Source: Tubulanus polymorphus
Taxonomy: Eukaryota > Animalia > Nemertea
DNA: 64,000 nt
Direction of reading: 5' to 3'
NCBI RefSeq assembly: GCF_964204645.1
Contig: NC_134026.1
Coordinates: 28,678,150-28,742,149, forward strand
Part shown: in pieces, positions 29,201 through 42,510 of the stretch
Layout: each line of letters begins with the position of its first letter
Numbering within the stretch: position 1 is the stretch's first letter
Translations under genes and position numbers: made by a program
Notes under the pieces: model-generated
The model's input: the letters and a program-made list of their open reading frames with translations, nothing else
What the model was told of the DNA's origin: nothing
Database searches by the model: none

Positions 29201-32200
29201 AAAGCTACTGCTATGCGGGATTATTATACAATGCACACACCTCAATTACGAGGGAAAAACGTCCATGTCCAGTTTTCTAATCACATTGAATTAAAAACAG
29301 ATAGTGCCTCACCACAGGTACCTTTGCATCCTTCTGCTGCCGGTGTCGTAAGTTTCTGCTTCTTGCACGCTATTCCGCCCTACTAACTACTTAAAGTGCC
29401 CGCTAGGTGGCAGTGTCTGCATTTCTGTTGCATGTACACGTTACCGGCGATGTGGTACACGACAAAAAACATTCTCGATTCGGCGTTTTCGACGGCGTTT
29501 TACTGAATTCTGATCGTACTCAATAGAGTGTAACACTGTTTGCTCAATCTGGAACAGCGAGGATAGTCACGCCTCGGTGAACTCTTTACAATCAGTTGAT
29601 TGCCGTTTTAAAGTGTTGAATCTGTGAATGCGTAATTCCCCCGTGCTAACATCCAGTCATTTAGAAAGATAGATAACAACCTGAAACCTCTCCCAATATG
29701 TGGAATTCTTCACAATTCTCTCTCGGTGTAACTGATACTCTGCTGTTATTAATCTTTCTGATGACTTATAAAAAAGACCTTTGAACGAAATGTTTACCAG
29801 TGTTTTTATCTACTTTATAATGATGTCGATAAGTTTATAAGATTTTATTGTGATCATCGGTGGAAACGGATTCTATTATTCAGCTTTGATATGGGATCAA
29901 ATACTACCTGAAAGACAAACTGAAGCCATAGATCTTCTTTGTCTTGTCTTTATATACACTTTGACCATTTATTAATGAAAACATATAAGAAGTCCAAAGC
30001 CTTAATTCGGTCTCTTGGTATTTTTGAGCATAAAAAATCATCTTAATACATACCATAATTCAGTTATCGTAAAATGAAATGTCATTGATAGTAATCATTA
30101 TTGAAAATGACAAATTACTTTAACGTATAATTAGATTTGTGACATGATTAAATCAAGATACTTCATTCTCTACCGCGTCTAACCTCAATAATAATCTTAT
30201 TCCGTTTTTTAATAACGCACAAAGCGTATCAACTTTCATCTCGTGCTGCTGGCCATTAAATAATTTCGAATGACAGGCCGTAAAATGCCGCCGCAATTCT
30301 AAACTTCTTATTACACGTCTATATGAAATAACCAGCATGTATCTGTCGCCCGAGGAATGTTAAACTTTACCTATACCGGTATGTTTGGCTTATGTTTATA
30401 TTCATCTGCTATTGTCTTGGATCCTTACCTCAATCTCTTCCCTACCTCAATATAGTTTTATCTGACATATTGATTAGTTATATCATAAACCGTTAGGTCG
30501 GGTACGGATCACCGTGTCAGCTGTACGTATTTGTCAACCATGTCTCGGAACAATCGCTGTGCTTTTCGTGTCATAAGATTTAATTAAAACTTTTTCGCAT
30601 ATTCCAAATGAACCAGTGTTTAAACTAGTCGAGGAAACAGTAGTGATTGTTGTCAGGGCACTGTATCCACCATCTACGTGTTTTTTCTATGCGTATTAAG
30701 CTCGACACTCTTTGTCATGCGGAAATGTTTGCAGAATAATTGCAACGTAACACCGAGTTTACTTCCTGACATGTGACTACATTACCACCAACATTCTTTC
30801 TAAATCAACAGCTAATTGTAAGCCTCATGGGGACCAGAACAACTACATATCTAGTATCGTTGAATGTAGCGGTTTCATTACAAACTGCGTAAACTTTTTA
30901 AAAGAATTGAAGAATTTAAGTTCTTTTTTTCTAATGTAGAATATGTTTTCTTTTTTACAGAACAATATGACACAAACAGTTTTACAGGCAGCCAATGAAG
31001 TAGTTAGTGATGAAAATAAGAAAACAGTCCTTCGTGTGATAGTTGAACATTTATTGTACCACGTTACAATTGACGTTCTGTATGAGGTATGCAATGAGAT
31101 ATTTTCTAATCCATCCAGTCATGCGCTGTGGTATTCTTCATAAATTCTTTCCATTCTATTCTGTTTAATCCTCGCGTATGTCATGTTGCAGATATTTCGA
31201 AAATTCGGTGCTGTCCAGAAAATAATCACCTTTAACAAAAACAGTATGTATCGTATTTCGTGATTGGAAAAAACGTTTTATCGACGTTCGATGAAAAGCG
31301 TCGTAATAAGTTTTAAATATTCTTTACTTTCAGACACATTCCAAGCTCTTATTCAAATGGCCAACCCTCTTTCTGCGCGTTTAGCAAAAGATGTAAGTAC
31401 CATTATCAGAGTGAAAGTCAAACATTTTTGAGTACTGCACATCTTGACTCATATTGTATCAAATTTAAGGGTTAACATCGAATGTTCCATTAATTCTTAA
31501 ATAGCGGCCATTTTAAAAGCCTCACCGTATCAGCTCTTTAAGTGATGATTTCACAGATGGATTTGCTATATAATCTTTACTGAATTTCAATAGGGTTAAT
31601 CAATGACAAGAGCTACATTTAATGGAGTATATTCTCCTTCAATGCTTCATAGCATGCTCTTAATTTGCGAGGTTTAAAGATTGACGAAGAGTGAATTGTA
31701 TAAGAGTAATCATTGATAGAACTTCGGATGTAACTATACTATATTGATCTGTACAGACGCGCGTTTTGCCTTAAGTTCTATTAATTGGTTCGACAAAGTA
31801 ACTGTCAACAAACTCGAGACGAAATAAAGTGTCGAATTTCCATCGAATTCATATAACTGAAACGAAATTATGTTTTCATACAGGATCTGAACGGTAAAAA
31901 TATTTACAACGGTTGCTGCACATTAAAAATCGACTTTTCGAAACTTAACGCACTGAATGTGAAATACAACAATGAGAAGAGTCGTGATTTCACGAATAAT
32001 AATCTACCGGCTGGCGACATTACGTTAGATCAAGGTGTTGCTGCTTTTGGAAGTAAGTATTTCATGAAATGATGTAGTAACATATACGTATATATATACA
32101 CTCGGTATGTAGCACTTATCATACAATATATCAGTTTCTCGAGAGACTGATAGATTGTCGTATAAATGCACTCAAGTCACAAGTCCTATCACAAACCATT

Positions 32201-35200
32201 TAATTGACAAAGAGATAATTTTGAGGATCGGGAACATTTTCGATACAAGAACATATCATTAGGAGGCATCTACGTAATCGTGTTTGCATGAAATACAATT
32301 ATTCTCCCCGGCTTTACATTTATATCAACTAGGAAAAAACTTTCCCTTCACAACCTCCCATCATAGCAGGCCCTGGGTGTTCAGTATTTTTGCCTCCTCA
32401 GTTGCTTTCTAATTGATTGAGTTTGTACAGCTATTTGTGTAATATTAACTGCTAATGCATCATTGTCCTGTAATGTTATTCGGATACTACCACTACTAAC
32501 CAGATGGTGTTTGTTAATGCAATTAATTCCATGCGGTCACCATTCTCCGTAGAAGAAAAACCGTTCGATCAGCGTTTTTAGTTTTCGACTAATGACGGGT
32601 TTCGGCATGAACCCTTCATAACGTTTCTTTGAAGGCGTATCGAATAATTGATGGGTGGGCCGGGACTTATAGAAAATACAAGTATTCAAACAAGCATTGG
32701 CGTTCTTTTATAATTACAGAACTAGCGATGCATCCTGAGGGTTTTATAAGTAAGTATCCCGGACGACAAGGGACACTCTGTTTTATTGTTAATGTTTTTG
32801 TTCATTCATTTTGTCCATTTCTTCAATTCCATTTTTGTGTGTGATAAACTTCAGAGCACGTTTTGAAGATAAGTTTATCATCGCGTGTTTTCAAAATTGG
32901 GTTTTTTGTACATATCCCTGAATCCCCCTTCACCCGGTGGTTTAACAGTTTAAAGTTTTTCTCTCTATTATTGTCCAGCTGAGATCGAACGTACTAATTT
33001 TTCGAAAAAAACCCAGAAAATAACGATTTCATGGATGAAAACTAAAATTCGATTTTTGTCGATGTTTCTAGATGCTTTTCACGAGAACAGAGTGGGAACT
33101 GTACCCCTTTCGTTCGCTACCTTAATTCGGGGTGACACCGTGATTGGATGAAAGTCTAGGTGATATACGTACGCGATCAATAATACCCATTAGTTCGATC
33201 ATCATTTCTCATTCTGGAGATGGATTGATGATAGCGAAACTATTGTAAATGGATTCCGTGTCAATCCACGATTGACACAACATGAAGTAAATTTCATCAT
33301 TACTCGTAGTTGAATGTTTATTTTCCAACACACTGGGTGCTCTCTACTATCTGATTGATTGTCATTTACACAAATTGTACAACTCTACTCAGCTCTCCAT
33401 CATGGCATACCTGGCGTCACTATAGCAACCAACTTAAATGTCCCGATCTATCATTATTATGTCAACAAATCTCCAAATCTGCGTTTGTTTTCTTTGCTGT
33501 CCCCAGTCTATATTTTACCTCAGCTCGTTACCGTTATAACTCCCTCGGAACTTATCAGTAGTTTCATCAAAGTCTTTGATCGGGCATTTTAGTTCGCTCG
33601 CGTCATTGTCGTGCGCTCTTTTCAGTTGTTCGTCGCGAACAAACACCGTTTGTTTTCGACGCGGATTTATTCATTTTAAAAGATATATTGTATAAAATGT
33701 ATTATAAACATATGTAATCATCATCTTCATCGGTAATGAATAATATAACAATAGTATAATGAAAGAAATATAGTATGAGCAAAGTCACTGTATTGTAAAT
33801 ACTAGCCACAGAGTCGTCGTCTATGAGGATACTATATGCGTCTACTATCAATATCTTATATATTTCCACTTTTATCTTTCTATCTATTCTCTCCTTCCAT
33901 TATCTGATAATAATGTTTTATTACCTTCGTGTTTCTGTCTCTTAAACCTACTCTTTCTATCCGGAACTGCTGTATTATACATTGAATCTATCCAATCTCC
34001 GTCCAACTCTTTTTCTAATTGTCATCGAATCATTGCATGTTTTTGGTTCGTCGCATGTCTCACCTATCACGTCGCTTTCACGATTATCAACTTTTTCTTT
34101 ATCCTGATTTCCGTCTTTTAGTCTATTGGACGTTGCTCATATCCTCTTCACCTGACCGTTGGTCGTCACTATTCGCTGTAGTGACATGATTTATAAGCTT
34201 AATGCTCTGGCTGCGCTCATATTTTTGTAATACACATGACTTTGTGATCGAGATATATTTTTACGGCTTATCTAACTCACTTTGTGGAGCGTGCATGTTA
34301 TATGATATACTAATACTTGGCACGGTATGTTTATAAGGTCCACAGGGTATGCTGGCGTCCCCATTCACCATGCCAGGTTTTGGAGCCACGCCACTAACCG
34401 CCTATGGCGCTGCTGCGGCCACCGCCGGAGGTATGCAAAGGCTTCTTACCATACTTATATTATATCTATGAAAATATATATATATATATCAAAAACTCGA
34501 TTCGTAACATATCTTCGATTGCCTTGACACTTGACTAAACATTTTTCTGGCTTCCAAATGAATTAGATAATGAACAATTGGTTATGAAGTGGTTTCAAGT
34601 TTGCCGAATTATAAAAACATGGCAGATAGATATGTTGCGATGATGACGTGCATGATTATGGTTGTTAAATGTATATATACTATTACTAGTAGAACCACCA
34701 TAACAGATTATAACAATCAAAATCAAATGAAATTTGAAATCACTGAATAATAATTGGTTTTGGTGGTTTCTATTAGTTAATAGAATTACATGTATCCAAC
34801 TCTCTTTATCAATCATCTGATGGCTTCACTTCACTTTCTGTGGTATCTTTTGTGCACTTAAAGAATGATCTATCCATCATCATATTCAAACCATGAACTG
34901 CTTAAGTAAAACCAAGATGATAATAACATATACCTCATCGTAATACGTCATAGAAACACTTTAACTTTCAACGATTTAAACCTTCATTTCAAGTGTTTCA
35001 CATATAAATTACTAAATGGTAACGTGACAGCATACATACTGTACTACACCAACCCTTCCAATTTATCGAGTAATTTTGTTGTCGAGCTGTAATTGTGTCC
35101 CAAGTAGAATACGGATAATTACGAACCTAGAAACCCTTTTTGCATTGCTTCTAAGTGATGTGATTATATTTTTCATGGCACAATATAATCCGGGGCTAAA

Positions 35201-38200
35201 GTTCAGCTACAGTTATTTCGTCATATTTTCTGTGCACATATTTCACTGTTTTCTATGTATTTTATATTACACCTGGGCTATGCTCTATGTCTTGTTTCAT
35301 TATTATATATGTATATATGTTTATTCTGTATCTTTGACTTGCGTTGTGTAATTATTTGACTATTTTCTCGATGTTCTATTCTTCAACTATTTTTTCCACA
35401 TTTAGAGAGGGCAGCACGTCCTCGCGTGGGAATTCGTGGTCAAAAAATCCGTCAGCAATTTCTCTCCAAGTGACAGATACTTCACTAGCCTCAGATATAT
35501 TATGTCTTTCAACTGAGATTGAATGAATATCTTTGTCATGGTTTCGGTGAATTGCGAATGGATTGAATCTTTCCTAGCATCATGCCTATATTCTCGACTA
35601 TTTCTTACTGTGATATTAATTTTCTGCTCCCTGTCTATGTCCAGAAGGAGGTACTGGTTTAATGAATGGAAATCGTTCTGGCCGATCAGCGCCTCTCATC
35701 CCGGGAATACCAAACGGCTGTAAGACTGTGCTTTTCTTAGAGTTCTTATTGTCTTGCTTACTCGCTTCTAATTATTGTTCTGTTCCGCGAACCAGAATAT
35801 CTAATGGTTACTATTAAACTAGATATTTTACATTTGAAATTTTTCTAAATGTTTGCTTCACTTCGACTAATAGTTCACATTTGGAGAACAAGTTCCATTT
35901 CGTTGGAAGTTGAGATTGATTTGGAACTGAACAGCTAGTGCTAATGTTTGCATGGTTTATGGAATGTCTGATCGATTCCCTCTTTAACGCTTTTATGGCA
36001 TTGTGTTTTAATCCAACATCTAGAAAGCAATAAACCTGGTGGAAGAATTACTGGTAGCGAGATTATTTGGACTATTTGCGCATTTAATTTTCAAGCTTAT
36101 TTTCATTAACTAGAAGTAACTATAGTTTTGTAGTATCTTTATAATACCTTTAGTCTAGAAGTAGAAATAGTGAAAGCAAGTGTGCTAGTAATCTCAGGAA
36201 AAAAGAAGTTTGTTTGAGATTTAATGAAAAAAAATACTAATTAATTGATCAGTCATCATAAGTTATACTGAATGATTAGCATAGAACCCCAAAACATTAT
36301 TGCCATAACGTATGTGATGTGCTGCTATGTATTACATGTTTAACCAATGTTTTGTCCAGTTATTTCCCCTTTCCTGTTTTTTTGGAAGTAACATGTCTGT
36401 GTGTGTGTGTGTTGCTTACTAATGCTAAGCATGTTTTCCCTGCTTTGCAGCTACTCATGCAAACCTAGGACATCCTCACCACGCATTACAACAACAACAT
36501 CACGGTACGTTTTCACTTCGCTATTGTATTTATCTCGCACTTCATTCATTCTGAAGGTGGACATTCAAATGTTTGATAAAGCATTTAACTTGATCAAACT
36601 TTTGAACTAGTCAATCTGCATACTGTTGTACATGTCTGATTTTAAGTTTCAATCACTTATACCCCTGTTCATTCAGGGTTGAAATTAATTTACGCCTTAA
36701 GTATCCATACCGTAGGTTTTTTATGGCAATTTCGATAAACGTATCAAAATTGATGAATTTGACAATGTATTTTGTTTGCAGCCTCACAACTCGCTGGAAT
36801 TCCTGGTTTTCCCCACCATGCTGCTGCTCTAGGTGCTGGCTTGCCGATGCCCGGTCAGCAACAGACAGGTCCCGTGCTGCTGGTTTCCAACTTGAACGAG
36901 CAGGTACGATATTCATTTACGTCGTCGGATTTATATGTTGTCAATAGCAAAAGCAGTAATCAGGCAAATCATCATTTTCTAAATGTTAGCCTTTATAGAT
37001 ATGTATATATATGTATATACATTTATATATTTATATAAATATGTATATTATATTGTTTTATATGTGTAAAAATTAATTATTAGACTTCATTACGTGTAGT
37101 AAATATATTATTCATTCTCTTAAAACCATTGATTATGAATGAATTCATTGATAATATGTCTATATTCGTACATACTCGGACAGAAACTCGGGACATTCTA
37201 CATTTATCTACATCACTAGATATCTGTCCTTTAACAATTTTTCATCAGGTGTCACTTGTTTTGAATAATGCCTTCTTTTTATAGAGGATTAAACTAACTC
37301 TGTAATGTTGCATATGAGACTATTCTACTGCTACTGATGGTTGTTCCTGAGATTGTCTACAAATAACTATTATAAATACCGCTTGACAGGACAACCATGT
37401 GTACCCCCTCTATCGAAACAATGTTCAGATAGGCAGATGTAAACTGCCTTTACCGGTTCATAAAAGACCATCGACCGAGTCCCTTCAACAATAGAACTTT
37501 ATAGATGTGTCGTACATAGGAAAAGCGCATGTAACTGTCTACTTTTGCATGACACATATTTTCCTATGGCTCAATGGTTGTACATTATTCTAACCAATCA
37601 GATTTGTTATAAGCCGTTAATGTTTATTTAATCATTAATTGACAAGATTTTCCCTTTTTCTTTTTTTTCCGTCCACTTCGCCTGGCGTTGACCTGAACCT
37701 TTTTCTGCGCTCCTACGCTCTCTCTGCTATGACACTGTTATAGAAGATCACCCCTGACGATCTCTTTACCCTTTTTGGTATGTCATACAGCACTATTTAT
37801 TTCATTTTTCTTATCTATGGTAGTTTTCAATAGGCTAGTCATCGTAAACTACATTCACTTCTTAAATATGCTCTCAAGAAATAGCATAATGTGCTAAAGC
37901 ATGTATCGAGTTGTCTTTGATGTCAAAATATATTTAAAGGAATTCTGATCAATGTTTGCACGTTATGTGACATCGACTAATGCATAGTAAAAAGACACAT
38001 CTGAAAAATGGCTTAATAATACAATAAACTATAACTGCACATTACAATTTACATACATAAAGTCTTGGCTGTGTGTTTGTTCTTAGTTGTTAGATAAAAT
38101 TTCTTTGCACAAGTAAACGATTCTTGGTTTGTCATTGGCTTTTCTTTCAAAACTATTGAATATTAATACGAACATACGTCATATCGTCAGTAATAACAGG

Positions 38201-39619
38201 CACACATTTAACAGCTATTACATTCGGAACTATCTTAGGCTCTCGTTAATTTGTATGATTATTCGTAAAACTGTATGACACTTTTTAACGAACGTTTTCC
38301 GTGACATGTTTTATCAACAGGCGTATATGGGGATGTACAACGTGTTAAGATAATATTCAACAAAAAAGATAACGCACTAGTCCAGTTCGCAGACGCTCTG
38401 CAGGCACAGACCGGTAAATAGTTTCCACTTTCTTCAGTGTCGTATTCAAAATGTTCATCCATTGCTGTCAAACTGATGACTATCGTTTTGTTTTTATGTT
38501 TTAGCATTAACCCATACAGATAAACTAAAATTGTGGGGAAAACAAATCAAAGTAGCTCCATCCAAACATCCTGTCGTCCAAATGCCCAAAGAAGGCCAAC
38601 CTGTAAGTGCTTTATCTGACATGAATCAATTGGTTTGAAGTTAAGTAGTTGATGATTTGATACATTTACGCTCGATTGCTTTCAGGATGCTGGCCTAACG
38701 AAAGACTTTGTGAATTCACCTCTGCATCGGTTCAAGAAACCTAACTCGAAGAACCACCACAACATTTTCCCTCCTTCAGCCACATTGCACTTGTCCAACA
38801 TTCCACTGAACGTCACTGAAGAACAAATTAAAGATGCATTTCAACAAACTGGTGGAAGTGTGGTTGCCTTCAAATTTTTCCCGTAAGTTTTGTAACAGTA
38901 CTCTAGAATAATCGTTCAATATCAAGATGGTATCAGTAAAATGTAATAGATTTGATTCGATTAGTAAGCAATAGTATGAAATATCTATATTCTTCTCTAT
39001 CTGATGCATGAATCATCTACTGGAACGAACCATGCCTCTTTTTGTGCCTGCCGTAGTATATTATGACAGAGAAGTAATTGCACGTAATAAAATGACTTCA
39101 TGAGGCCTCAAACTTCTGCCAACTCTTGATCTCTAAAATGAAATGAATGTCTTTGCATCAGTGTATAGAGGAAAAAAATTAACTAGAAAAGTCTTAAAGT
39201 TACCCAAAAAAAACATTTTTAGAGATGCTATCATTTGAATTGTGTCCATCTTGCCGATAACTATGCAAAAGTGAGCATGTTGCTGGAAGACTTGTACACA
39301 TCTCAATGCATGATTTATATATACTTCTATCATCTCTTCTATCCAACTTGCTGTGTCTAGGGTGACCAAGACTGATGAGTCATCTGATTCCAGAAAGGAT
39401 CGCAAGATGGCGCTCATACAGATGGGATCTATCGAAGAGGCAACACATGCCCTTATTGTGAGTCCAGTATATTAGTATACAACTCTGTTAACACTCTGGT
39501 TCACTAGTTAATCAAACTTGTCTTACGCATTGGTTATTTGATTGTTTTAGGCAATGCATAACTACCAGCTGAGTGATTCAAGTCATCTGCGAGTTTCATT
39601 CTCAAAGTCTACGATCTAG
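26281..39619 (+). CDS. PTBP1: Polypyrimidine tract-binding protein (PTBP/hephaestus), 4 RRMs; core coding exons (start codon lies in an upstream alternative first exon)
   Basis: GT-AG exons with consistent phase: 26281-26382 (RGSEELLSQ), 28483-28629 ([18 protein letters not shown]), 29174-29317, 30961-31086 ([20 protein letters not shown]), 31192-31243, 31334-31392, 31884-32052 ([28 protein letters not shown]), 34338-34430, 36782-36903 (VLLVSNLNE), 37744-37777, 38321-38413 ([10 protein letters not shown]), 38505-38602, 38686-38882 ([23 protein letters not shown]), 39361/39394-39457, 39551-39619 ([11 protein letters not shown]). These are diagnostic PTB-family motifs; the gene is probably a pro-orthologue of PTBP1/2/3. 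Confidence 0.97.
35645..35719 (+). CDS. Candidate 75-nt in-frame cassette exon in the PTBP RRM2-RRM3 linker ([25 protein letters not shown])
   Basis: Pyrimidine tract + CAG acceptor, GTAAGA donor, symmetric phase 1-1, open frame, Gly/Pro-rich like neighbouring linker exons. Confidence 0.65.
36451..36504 (+). CDS. Candidate 54-nt in-frame cassette exon in the PTBP linker ([17 protein letters not shown])
   Basis: GCTAA branch-like motifs + ttttccctgctttgCAG acceptor, G|GTACGT donor, symmetric phase 1-1, open frame. Confidence 0.7.
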
Positions 39620-42510
39620 TTCCATCGGCCTTTAAATGCTTAAAAACAGCAGATCCAGCTTTCCACGTGGCGTCATACATAGGAGTAAGATCTGATGCAG
39701 TACTGAAGAATAGGAAGAAGAAATCAAAATTTGCGCTCAGAAAACAATCATTTTATGCATATAGGAAATAGGATATTAGTTTACGGTCGCTATTAAACAT
39801 CTCCACATTCTGACATTGAGGAATTCTGGAATTTTTAGCCTTGCTACTTACAAAAAAAAATTCGGTTAATGGGATTGTAAATAGATTATAAACGGATAGG
39901 TCTGTCCTGCACACGAACTGTTACAGAAATGGACTGTTATTCATGAAAACGTGTTAAATAAATGATAGCCATTATAAATAGCTGCAATTGTATATTATTA
40001 TATTTTGCATATAATAATCAGTGTAATATTTCTATGAGAACAAAACAAAATATACTGGTGTAACTTGCAGCTATCTCTAGCGAGATAAAAGTTTGTAGTT
40101 TTCACTAGCGATTTGATTTCAAATCATTAATAACATTTTATTTGTTGAACTAAAGCAGTCGACAGAAGTGGTATATTGTTATATAGGAAAAGATTTAAGT
40201 ATATATTATTGACGTCCATATTTTTGTTATATTTTGCAAATAGGATTATGATAAAAAACGGGTGCTTAACTCCGCTTCATCGGGGGTGACCCGAAATATT
40301 TCTGCTGATCGTTTCAATTATTATATGTATATATAGGTATGTAGTGCATACACATAATAGAAGACAGTTCATGTCCAACTAATTCTTAAAGTGGGTCAGT
40401 GATAATTGTTCCCGATGTTTAATTTAGAAATTCACTTGTTCAGAGTCTGTCAATTGTCATCACGAAATGTAGGATTCGGTCATCCTTCATTCGATCATTT
40501 CGATTTGTCCCCCTCGGAGATTGTTGGACATAAATTGTGCATGAAAATTCATCAAAGTTTGGTGAAAGACGTACAATAGATAGTTGTGAATGGATATGGA
40601 TGATTTGTCAATCAGTCGTAGGTGGAAAGCTGGTATAAAGAACAAACATCCCGTTCTACTGCACCAATAGTAGATCTTTTTATAATTCTTATTTTTGCAT
40701 TTGGGTGTTCAGTGTACAAGAAAATGTTTACGATATATGGTATGAATATATATTTTTGCATTTTGAAGTTGTATAAGGATGAAATCAATGGTATTTTATT
40801 ATATATGTCCCTTGCAAGTTCGGCATTCCAAAAGCCTTCGCAGTTTTCTCGTCATCTTATATAAAACCGTTGTCTTTACTGATTTCATTGTGATGGTTAC
40901 CGACGGTAAACCTATACACAGTTTGTTTTGAATTCCATTCAATTTTTAGATATAAAGAAACGCGAGCGTTGATAATGATAATAATAATATTGTGCCAGTG
41001 AAACTTTATTGACTTTAAATGGTTGAAAATGTATTATTAGAAAAACTTGTTGAATCTCATGATAAAGAGAGAGTTTGAGTTGTAATATACCCTTGCGAGG
41101 ATTTTTCCTTGAATCATTGCATCGGTTGAACAACATATTTATTTTTACTTTTAGAAGTTTGTTTTATACAAATCTTGTAATTACAAAACTAGGATATCGT
41201 TTATGAATGAAAAGTTAATCTCTCTGAAACCGTTTAAGTTTCTCAAAACCCTTTGATTTTATTTTGACGATATTCTGATTTCACACAACTGCTTATTTTG
41301 GTCATTTCTAACAGCTGTATGTGTCTTTGTAATGAGGTTTGATGGAAACTTTTATGACACTCGCAGTGTGCGGTGTATCGAACCATCTAGTTGTGATTTT
41401 TTGTGCAAAATTTTGACACTGTGATTATAGGTGATATGTCAGTGTTATACCAGGTGTACTCAGTGTATTTTATCCAGTTTGTTGTTCTCTTATGATTACA
41501 GTTTCTGTCATATTAGTGAAAGTATGTTGTAAACTTGTGTCTTATATTTCCCTAACATCCTACAAATACCATACCAAAATCATTATTCTAACGGTGTTCA
41601 GACAAACGTCCATTCAACTGGGAAAATAATTTTAATGTGGTTAGCATTATCATTTAGTTCGGGGTTATATAGTTGTGTCACAGAACTCTTCAAATCATTG
41701 ATTCATCTTAAACTGTATCTTTCGAAAAAGCTTTTTTGTCAAATTCTAACTTTTCGGATTCTGTCCCTCATCAATCAGTTTTATGTTATTGCGCGGAGAA
41801 CAAACCTCATGGTTGTGAATTTATTGAGAGGTATATGAAACATGCTAACCAAGTAAATTTATTTTTCTAGTCATATTTTTACAATGCGCAACCAGATATT
41901 GAGGAATACACATATGTAAATAATAACCTCAATGCTTTAATAAAAATCGAAGGTTGTGTATGTATATGTGTGTTTTAGGGAATAGCTGCTGCAGTCCTTA
42001 ACAACATAAACCTTGAATTGAAATTCACCATACAAAGTACTTAAAAATAACACTGATTCTGGTCGCTACCTCTAAATTCAGTAAATAAAGCAAACTGCAG
42101 TTTTGATGGTGCTCCTTATATAGGATAATGGGTGTAGTTACATTTCACAGTTGAGTAAAGCGAATGAATTTAAGTCGTCTCTAATTCAATCATGTTCATT
42201 ATTGATTAAGGGAAAATTATGCATAGTCAGAGCCTTTCCACTGTGGAGAAAGATCAGAAAACTGATGAAATATAACAATTTGAAAAAAAATGTTCCATAT
42301 TATAAACCCATTGTGAAGATAAAATGCTTGTTAAGTGCCTAGTTATATTGTTCAATGGAACCATACAGTTTATTATATCTTGTTGGTTTTATGGACAAAA
42401 TTGTATTGTATATCAATATAGATATTATATATACACATATAGATAAGCGTTTATATGATATTAATTTATTTGTATCTCGATACCAATAAAATAATTTAAT
42501 ATATTGAAAT
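39620..42510 (+). other. Probable long PTBP 3'UTR with several polyadenylation signals
   Basis: AT-rich non-coding stretch after the stop; AATAAA at 39957, 41939 and 42485, the last two followed by GT-rich sequence. Confidence 0.5.

Noticed and set aside
39620-42510. miR-124 regulation as in vertebrate PTBP1
   Set aside because: Only GTGCCT at 42335 was seen, not a full GTGCCTT/TGCCTTA seed match; other isolated seed matches are expected by chance.
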